A stretch of DNA of 64,000 nucleotides from an uncultured Acidobacteriaceae bacterium. Its GTDB lineage: Bacteria; Acidobacteriota; Terriglobia; Terriglobales; Acidobacteriaceae. Of this stretch, positions 56,702 to 64,000 are shown piece by piece (positions within the stretch are counted from its first letter, which is position 1; each line of letters begins with the position of its first letter). A program made the position numbers and the translations under genes. The DNA is taken from NCBI GenBank assembly GCA_963755245.1, contig CAVWJY010000002.1, forward strand, positions 45,124-109,123. The letters are read 5' to 3'. Below the pieces are notes generated by a model. The model was not told where the DNA came from. It made no database searches and saw nothing but the letters and a program-made list of their open reading frames with translations.

Positions 56702-57394
56702 CGCGGATTTGTCGCGGTCCGCAAGGTCACTGGGGAGTACCCAAGACGATTCGGTCACACGGTGCTCCCTGGCTGCGCCCATGCTTCTTCAGGTGTCCTA
56801 TACCAATACATAATTGTGCTTCCGATATCGGAGGTCTAGCGTTTCGTTTAGAAGTACATCGTAGATGGTGAAGTTGCGCAACGGTCGAACTAGATAGGAC
56901 GTTGTGTCGTCGGTGATACGGATGATCTCCGCGGAGTCGCCAGGCGACACAGGTCCACTGTGAAGGAGGATCCCAACGAACGAATGCTGAGGTTATTCCA
57001 CACGACGACCGCCTCGATGCGATTCTTGCACAGGCAATACCCGAAAACTTCCAAAGTCAATCGATATCCACGCTGAACCGAAGAGGAAGAGGAGTGTAAG
57101 GAGACTCCTCTTCGCTCCCTTCTTTGATGCATCTCGTGCTGCGCTCTGTGCTCGTGTGTCCGCTATCGGATGGAATCACACGGCACCGTCAAGCAACTAC
57201 TCTTCCACACTCCACTGCACTGTGAAGCCGCTCGCTTCCTCATCCGGGTTCTGTTGTTTGCTCCGTAACCCCATTGTCCTCGCCGAGCAGAGCACATCGA
57301 CTCTGTGTGTCCGGCTAGCCTCTTACAATACCCCACGTTTCTTTTTTCTGCGTCCTCCTGATGGCGCAGCAAGGGGTATCCCATCTTGAGGATC

Positions 57395-58362
57395 ATGAGA
57401 CATTCCCTGTTCGTGACGCTATGTTCGTTTGTGATGACCTCGGCTATTGGACTTTGCCAGCCAGGCTCACCCGTCAATTCCAAACTGGTCGCCATCTCAA
57501 CGCTGCAACGCAAAGGAGAGGATGCGGCAGTGATCAAGGCCGGCAACGCGCTCTTCGTCTCAGGAAGCTTGAGTCACACGGGAACAGGCGCAGCTTCTCA
57601 ACCTACTCGGACTGGCGAATGCGGACCAGTCGAATTTTACACGAGGCCTCCCATGACTATGAGCAGGCACTTTCTCTCTTAGGGCATGATGCGTCCGCAG
57701 TGGCTGATCGAGCCGCGGTTCTCGACGATTATGGGGCCCTCTACCGCGATCAAGGGCAGCTTGATGTCGCCATTCGGCTCCGCTTACAGGCTCTGGATCT
57801 GTACCGATCGATCAACAACCATGAGGGCACGGCGATCGCGAGCAACAATCTGGCTGCGCTTTACCTCGCGCAAAAGCACACGCCCAGGCGGAACGTTACG
57901 TCAAACAGGCCACTGCTGAGGCAAAGCTTGCCAAGGATCTGGATGCGGCCGACCGGGCCGCGATTGCGTCGAACGTAGCGCGTCTCCATGCCATGCAAGG
58001 CCGCGTTGATTTGGCCGTCCAGGAGCTACACGGATGCGCTCGCTCTTTCCAAACAATCGCACGGCGAAGCCAGTGCGAGCGCTGGCTGGATGGAGGTTGT
58101 CCTCGCTTCAGCCTACGATCTGGCGCGTCAGACCAACAGAGCGATGGAGAGATGTCGCGAAGGTCTAGCTATCCTGGAACGAACCCAGGGGAAGAAGAGC
58201 AAAAACTATCTCTCTGCAAAACTGATCTACGCAACGATTCTGGAGCATGGTGGTGCCCATAGCGAAGCCCGACAAACGGCACAAGAGGCTCGAGAGGGAC
58301 TGCAGGAGCTCGCGCAGAACCAATGTGTCGGCTGTACGATCAGCGTGTCGGGTCTCAAGTGA
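57395..58362 (+). CDS. Exported tetratricopeptide repeat protein, lower GC, frameshifted
   Basis: Signal peptide MRHSLFVTLC. TPR-like LDDYGALYRDQGQLD and ASNNLAALYL. C-terminal CVGCTISVSGLK. Confidence 0.7.
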
Positions 58363-58577
58363 AGGTCACCTGAAGGTGCCGAGATAGAGCGAATGGGCCG
58401 TTTCCAAAGTGGAGGCGGCCCGTTTGTTTGTTTGAAGGGCGGTTGGCCGTTGCTGGAGGTCAGCAGCAGCGATCGGCAGCGCTTCCAGAGGTCGGGGAGG
58501 AACTAAATGTAACTTTCTCGCGGTCTGTTCCGTATACTCCACATATCCGTTTTCATCTTGCTCAGAGGTTGGTGTTG

Positions 58578-61500
58578 ATGCGACTTTCGCTGTCCGCTGC
58601 TGCCGTCTGCTTTTCTCTTTGTGCGTCTCCGTTGCTTCTGGCGCAGACTTCGGGGTCTTTGCCTAGCCTTTCGGATCCGGCGCTGTCGCCGGATGGGCGC
58701 GAGATTGCGTTCTCGAGCGGCGGCGATCTCTGGACCGTGCCGGCGACCGGAGGCGAGGCGCACCTGCTGGTGACCGATCCGGCAAGCGAGTTTCGGCCGC
58801 TTTATTCGCCCGATGGAACGAAGCTGGCGTTTGTTTCGACGCGCACCGGCAACGGCGATATCTATGTGTTGACCTTCGCGACGGGCAAGCTCGAGCGGGT
58901 TACCTATTCGGACGCGCCAGACAGTTTGGATGCGTGGTCGCGCGACGGCAAGTGGCTCTACTTCACCTCGGGCGCGAACGATGTGGGCGGCAATGGCGAT
59001 ATCTTCCGCGTTGCGGCGACGGGTGGGACGCCGCTCGAGGTGAGCAAGGAACGCTACCTGAATGAGTTCGAGAGCGCGCCGTCGCCGGATGGGGCGGAGA
59101 TTGCGCTGGTGGCGAAGGGCATCAGCAGCTCGCAGTGGTGGCGGAATGGGCATGCGCACATCGACGAGACCGAGGTATGGCTGAAGCCGATTGGTGCTGA
59201 GAACGGTTACAAACGTCTGCTGCCGGCAGACTCGAAGCACGCCTGGCCGATGTGGTCGAAGGATGGGCGGACGCTCTACTTCATGAGCGACAAGAGCGGC
59301 GCGGAGAACATCTGGCAGGCGGATGCCGCGACCGGTGCGCTGAAGCAGGTGACCCACTTCGAGAGCGGTCGCGTACTTTGGCCGACGATCAGCTACGACG
59401 GCGCGAGCATTGTGTTCGAGCGCGACTTCAGCGTGTGGCGGCTGGATGTGAAGAGCGGCAAGGCCGAGCCGGTGAAGATTGTGCTGCGCGGAGTGCCAAG
59501 TTCGCCGGGGGTGATCCACACGGGCGTCTCGCGGTGGAGCGATCTGGCGCTGTCGCCGGATGGGAAGAAGATCGCTGCGATCGGGCATGGCGAGGTCTTC
59601 GCCATCGGCGCGAAGGATGGTGGCGAGGCGCAGCGGTTGACGCATACGAACTCGGCCGAGGGCTCGCCGGCGTGGTCGCCGGACTCGAACAAGGTGGTGT
59701 ATCGCAGTGAGCGCGATGGGGGATCGTCGCTGTACGAGTATGACTTTTCGACCAACGCGGAGCGCTCGTTGACGCATGGGACGGCGGTCGATATGGACCC
59801 GACCTACTCGCCGGATGGGAAGATGATTGCCTTTCTGCGCGATCGCAAAGAGTTACATGTTCTGACGCTGGAGGGGATGAAGGACCAGGTGGTGGCGCAT
59901 GGGGAGCTGGATGCGTCGGTGATCGCGTGGTCGCCGGACTCGCAGTGGGTGGCGTTCGCGGCGACCGGGACCAATGGATTCACGAATGTGCATGTGGTTG
60001 CGGCTGCGGGCGGCGAGGATCATCCGATCACCTTTCTGGCGAACGGGGAGACGGCCTCGCGCATTGCGTGGTCGCCGGATGGCAAGTACATTCTGTTCGA
60101 TACGGCGCAGCGCAGCGAGGAGCCGCAGATGGCGCGGGTGGATCTGATTCCGCATGTGCCGGCGTTCCGCGAAGACCAGTTCCGCGACCTGTTCAAGAAG
60201 CAGACGACGCCGGATGCGCCGGGGACACCTTCGGATAAGCCGACGGGCAAGGCGGATGCGGCGACTGAGACTGCCGCGAAGCCCGCGGAGAAGAAGAAGC
60301 CCGAGCCGGTGAAGATCGTCTTCGAGGGGATTCGCGAGCGGCTGACGCTGCTGCCGGTGGGGATCGGCGTGAATGCGCCGGTGATCAGCCCGGATGGGAA
60401 GACGCTGCTGTTTGCGGCGGAGGTGGGTGGGCAGGAGAATCTGTACACCTACTCGCTGGATGAGTTGGCGAAGGAGCCGGCGATTGCGCGGCAGCTGACC
60501 TCGACGGCGGGCGACAAGCGGAACTTCGCGTTTACGCCGGACTCGAAGGAGGTCGTCTACCTGCAGGGCGGCGAGGGTGGGACGTCGGTGCATTCGGTGA
60601 CGATCGAGAGCCGCGCGACGAAGGCGATTCCGGTTTCGGCGAGCCTGGATGTGGACTTCGACAAGGAGAAGGAGGTCGTGTTCGAGGAGCTTTGGAGCAC
60701 GCTCGACCGGCGCTTCTACGATGCGAACTTCAACGGTCACAATTGGGCGGCGCTGCGCACGGAGTGGCAGCCGTACATCGCTGGCGCGCGGAGCGAGTAT
60801 GACCTGCGCCGCGACCTGAACCTGCTGATCGGCGAGTTGAACTCGTCGCACTCGGGCACGAGCAAGATCAACGTCTCGCCGGTTCATACGGGACGGCTCG
60901 GCGTGCGCTGGGATCGGGCTGACTTCGAGGATGGCAAGGGGCTGGTGGTGCGGGAGATCGTGCCGCTGGGGCCGCTCGCGATCGAGGGCAGTGTGAAGGT
61001 TGGCGACCGGCTGCTGTCGGTCAATGGGACGGCGATTGAGGCGTCGACGAATCTCGATGCGCTGCTCGAGGATGAGGCGGGCAAGCGGGTGGTGCTGAGC
61101 ATTGCTCCTGCGGACGATGCGACGAAGAAGCGGGACGTTGTGGTGTTGCCGGTCACGCGGCAGGTGGAGAGTGGTCTGCTCTATCGCGCGTGGGTGAACG
61201 ATCGGCGGGCGTATGTGGATAAGATCTCGGGCGGCAAGCTGGGGTATGTCCACATCGCCGATATGAGCGACGCGTCGCTGCGCCAGCTGTATCTCGACCT
61301 CGATGCGCAGAACGAATCGAAGCAGGGCGTGGTCATCGATATTCGTAACAACAACGGTGGCTATATCAATGGCTATGCGATCGATGTGTTCGCGCGCAAG
61401 AACTATCTGCTGATGACGCCGCGCGGCGAGAGCACGGTGCCGAGCCGGCAGGCTCTGGGGCAGAGGGCGCTGGGGCTGCCGACGGTGCTGGTGACCAACG

Positions 61501-61793
61501 AGTCGTCGCTGTCGGATGCGGAGGACTTCACCGAGGGCTATCGCACGCTGGGCCTCGGCAAGGTGGTTGGACTGCCGACGGCGGGCTGGATCATCTTTAC
61601 CGGCGGACAGCAGTTGATCGATGGATCGGTGGTGCGGGTTCCTGGAGATCGCGTGCGGGATACGCGCGGCGAGACGATGGAGATGCATCCGCGGCCGGTC
61701 GATGTGGAGGTCGAGCGTCCGCTGGGCGAGACCGAGACGGGGCACGATGCGCAGTTGGAGAAGGCGGTCGAGGTGCTGCTCGGGACGAAGTAG
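58578..61793 (+). CDS. Tricorn-like S41 family peptidase (PD40 propellers + PDZ + S41)
   Basis: Multiple SPDG repeats, GELNSSH, GYVHI, IDIRNNNGG, SLSDAE, GKVVG motifs. Confidence 0.92.
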   Translation: MRLSLSAAAVCFSLCASPLLLAQTSGSLPSLSDPALSPDGREIAFSSGGDLWTVPATGGEAHLLVTDPASEFRPLYSPDGTKLAFVSTRTGNGDIYVLTFATGKLERVTYSDAPDSLDAWSRDGKWLYFTSGANDVGGNGDIFRVAATGGTPLEVSKERYLNEFESAPSPDGAEIALVAKGISSSQWWRNGHAHIDETEVWLKPIGAENGYKRLLPADSKHAWPMWSKDGRTLYFMSDKSGAENIWQADAATGALKQVTHFESGRVLWPTISYDGASIVFERDFSVWRLDVKSGKAEPVKIVLRGVPSSPGVIHTGVSRWSDLALSPDGKKIAAIGHGEVFAIGAKDGGEAQRLTHTNSAEGSPAWSPDSNKVVYRSERDGGSSLYEYDFSTNAERSLTHGTAVDMDPTYSPDGKMIAFLRDRKELHVLTLEGMKDQVVAHGELDASVIAWSPDSQWVAFAATGTNGFTNVHVVAAAGGEDHPITFLANGETASRIAWSPDGKYILFDTAQRSEEPQMARVDLIPHVPAFREDQFRDLFKKQTTPDAPGTPSDKPTGKADAATETAAKPAEKKKPEPVKIVFEGIRERLTLLPVGIGVNAPVISPDGKTLLFAAEVGGQENLYTYSLDELAKEPAIARQLTSTAGDKRNFAFTPDSKEVVYLQGGEGGTSVHSVTIESRATKAIPVSASLDVDFDKEKEVVFEELWSTLDRRFYDANFNGHNWAALRTEWQPYIAGARSEYDLRRDLNLLIGELNSSHSGTSKINVSPVHTGRLGVRWDRADFEDGKGLVVREIVPLGPLAIEGSVKVGDRLLSVNGTAIEASTNLDALLEDEAGKRVVLSIAPADDATKKRDVVVLPVTRQVESGLLYRAWVNDRRAYVDKISGGKLGYVHIADMSDASLRQLYLDLDAQNESKQGVVIDIRNNNGGYINGYAIDVFARKNYLLMTPRGESTVPSRQALGQRALGLPTVLVTNESSLSDAEDFTEGYRTLGLGKVVGLPTAGWIIFTGGQQLIDGSVVRVPGDRVRDTRGETMEMHPRPVDVEVERPLGETETGHDAQLEKAVEVLLGTK

Positions 61794-61808
61794 GCGTCAT
61801 GGTCCCGT

Positions 61809-62073
61809 GGAGGGGGTCCCCCCCCTCCTATTGCCCGGATGCAAGTGCTTTCCTTTCTGTGGGATAGATGGTGTCTGGATCGGTAAAATATTCATCCTAA
61901 ATGACTTATAGCTAAAATATTCTTTCTAAAAGAGTTAGTGAACGAGAAAAGCCCCGACGTGTGTGTCGGGGCTTTTCTTGATCTCTACTTCAATTAGAGC
62001 ATATTGGGCGCACCTTATCGGCATCTTTATTTCCTTTGATTTGTGCGGGTTAGGTGGCTTTGGGGCTTGACAG
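61809..62073 (+). repeat. ~265-nt conserved intergenic element, copy 3
   Basis: Starts about 15 nt after the S41 stop. AAAGCCCCGAC-N6-GTCGGGGCTTT hairpin. Ends GGGGCTTGACAG. Confidence 0.85.
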
Positions 62074-62283
62074 GAAAAACAGGATCAGGGGTTAGGGGTT
62101 AGGCTGCGGCGTGGCAGGGGTGCGGATATTCTGCAGAAGCCCAATCGCGTTCATTGAGAGAAAGGGGAACGCCTGCTACTCTGGTAGCCCTCGTTCCACA
62201 TTTCTTTTGAGTTGACGTTTGCCCAGCTGACGCTGTTCTTTACTCATGGAGTCACCCGCTGCGTCAACCCCTGCACTCACCCT

Positions 62284-62965
62284 ATGCTCGACGTTCATCC
62301 GCCGCATACCTCCGTTCATACCTGGAAGCGACTTTCTTCATTCACATGGCGACCATCTGTCTGTCGGGCTGCTGATCGCCGTCGGTCTGGAGCAATCGGT
62401 GGAGTGGCTGCACCGTCGCCATCAGAAAGCCGGCGAGCCCCGGAACGTATCCACGAGGAGGTGCTGGTCAACCGAGCGAATCCTGGAGAACGACGATCGC
62501 GGGCTTCGAGCGGATTGTCGCGACAACTGGACCACAACCTTGCTCTTGTACGCGGCCTCGAGGGCAAGCATCCTGCGGCGAGCGGAGATCACTGGATTTC
62601 AGCTTTGGGCTGCAGGGCTTCTACGACGCGGCCTACACCAATGCGCGAGACGGCGGCACTCTCAGTCTGATGCCCTCCGAGGAAGCGGCCATGTACGCGG
62701 ATGCCTATTCGGGCAACACGCTGGCTCAGGCAAAGCGGCGTTGCACTCTGGAAGCAGCTGCTACTTCGGCCAAGTCCGCGATGCACTGGCAAGACGCTCA
62801 ACGAGCTTGACCGGGAAGAGATTCCGCCGCTTGGTGGCCACCATCTCCGAATCCACGCGGAAGGGCGGAACTCGCGCATGACGATATTCAAGACCCAACA
62901 GCAGGAGTGGGACGCCGTTCTCAGCGGCCACTCTCCGAAACGATATTGGCGACACCAGCAAATAA
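62284..62965 (+). CDS. Hypothetical membrane-anchored protein, many indels
   Basis: Reconstructed MLDVHPPHTSVHTWK.FFIHMATI.VGLLIAVGLEQSVEWLH: one TM followed by a helical region. Confidence 0.6.
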
Positions 62966-62984
62966 CGAATCCGCGAACGAGGAG

Positions 62985-63761
62985 ATGCAGGTGGCGACAG
63001 CGTCGGTGTTACAAAAGTCGAGAGCGAGGTGGCATGTGCGCGGAAGCTGGAGCGCACGTGAGGACCGGGTCGCCTCGGCGGTGTGGCTGGGCATCCTGTG
63101 GGTGGGGATGGGCGCTGGATTCGGCGTGGATTTTTCCAGATATCGGCACGAGAGTCCGGCGCCGCCGATGATTGTGCACGTGCATGCGGCGGTGTTCACG
63201 GTGTGGATGCTGCTGCTCACGGCGCAGGTGCTGTTGGTGCTCGGCGACCGCGTGGCCTGGCACCGCAGGCTGGGCTGGTTTGCCGTGGGATGGGCGTGTG
63301 TGATGGCGGTGATCGGACCGTGGGCGGCGCTGACTTGGCAGGCGGTGCATCTGCACGGCCCGGTCGGGGATGTCTTCCTGCTGGTGGACCTGGTCGATAT
63401 GGTTGGCTTTGTAACGCTGCTGGCGTGGGGGATTGCGCTGCGAAAGAATCCGGCGGCGCACCGGCGCATGATGATTCTGGCAACGATCGCGCTTGCAGAT
63501 GTGGGATTCGGGCGTTTATCTGGATATTTTCTGCCGGAGCCTACCTCGGTGATTCCGTGGTTCTTCTTCAACTTCTATGGCGATTTGCTGCTGATGGCAC
63601 TGATGCTCGGCTGGGACTGGTGGCGCGGGCGGCTGATGCGGTCCTTTGGGTTGGGGGTGGTGGCGCTGCTGGCGAGCGAGTTTATTGCAACCTACTTGTT
63701 CTTCTCGGGGAAGGCACTCGCACTCGGCTGGGCGGCGGCGTGGGCGAGGTTGTGGAGTTAG
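62985..63761 (+). CDS. Hypothetical multi-pass membrane protein
   Basis: Six to seven TM segments with His motifs VHVHAAVF, WHRRLG and AHRRMM. SD GAGGAG. Confidence 0.75.
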   Translation: MQVATASVLQKSRARWHVRGSWSAREDRVASAVWLGILWVGMGAGFGVDFSRYRHESPAPPMIVHVHAAVFTVWMLLLTAQVLLVLGDRVAWHRRLGWFAVGWACVMAVIGPWAALTWQAVHLHGPVGDVFLLVDLVDMVGFVTLLAWGIALRKNPAAHRRMMILATIALADVGFGRLSGYFLPEPTSVIPWFFFNFYGDLLLMALMLGWDWWRGRLMRSFGLGVVALLASEFIATYLFFSGKALALGWAAAWARLWS

Positions 63762-63804
63762 GGGAATTTGAGACTGCCGCCGGTCCAAATTCTGGGTAAA
63801 AAGG

Positions 63805-63953
63805 TCCCAGCTGTGTTGTGGTGCGGAAGGTATCGGGGTCCTTCGCTGCGCTCAGCGATGACAGCAAGAACAAACAACAGCAAGACAGACAACGGCAAGA
63901 ACAACGGCAACGGCGAAATACAGGGGTCTCTCGCTGCTTCGGTCGAGATGACG
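63805..63953 (+). repeat. Composite palindromic repeat (B unit, CAACGG linkers, internally deleted A unit)
   Basis: GTCCTTCGCTGCGCTCAGCGATGAC and AAATACAGGGGTCTCTC-GCTGCTTCGGTCGAGATGACG. Confidence 0.78.
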
Positions 63954-64000
63954 TTGCTTTGTGGTGACTTCGATCGACAAAAAATCGCCTGGAAGGGTGG

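Overview
High-GC chromosomal segment. Its gene families (TIGR03435-type proteins, a VWFA-related TIGR03436-type protein, carboxypeptidase-regulatory/TonB-like barrel, tricorn-like S41 peptidase) point to an Acidobacteriaceae-type genome; this is inferred, not confirmed. About 45 genes can be recognised. Housekeeping genes include folE, truB, gmhA, glnB, pruA, hslR, serS, pyrD, purH, dgt and cyaY. The rest are envelope and polysaccharide genes, a tesA-ybbAP-like locus, a two-component system and a RelE-type TA pair. Many genes, including essential ones, are broken by single-base indels, most likely long-read consensus errors, so coordinates of split genes are reconstructed. No rRNA, tRNA, CRISPR array or transposase/integrase was seen. 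The most unusual structure is non-coding. (1) A conserved ~265-nt AT-rich element occurs three times, each just after a stop codon, with a covarying hairpin, tandem palindromic boxes and an internal antisense extended -10. (2) The + strand switches from C-rich to G-rich at about 3.3-4.2 kb. All palindromic repeat families flip orientation across this point, and ~0.5-kb inverted composite repeats bracket the 6.1-kb block that contains it. Other points: a tandem PTPS-II pair with folE and a GT2, a POTRA gene flanked by a duplicated lmf 3' end, an HMG-CoA lyase homologue lacking catalytic residues, and frequent apparently leaderless starts.
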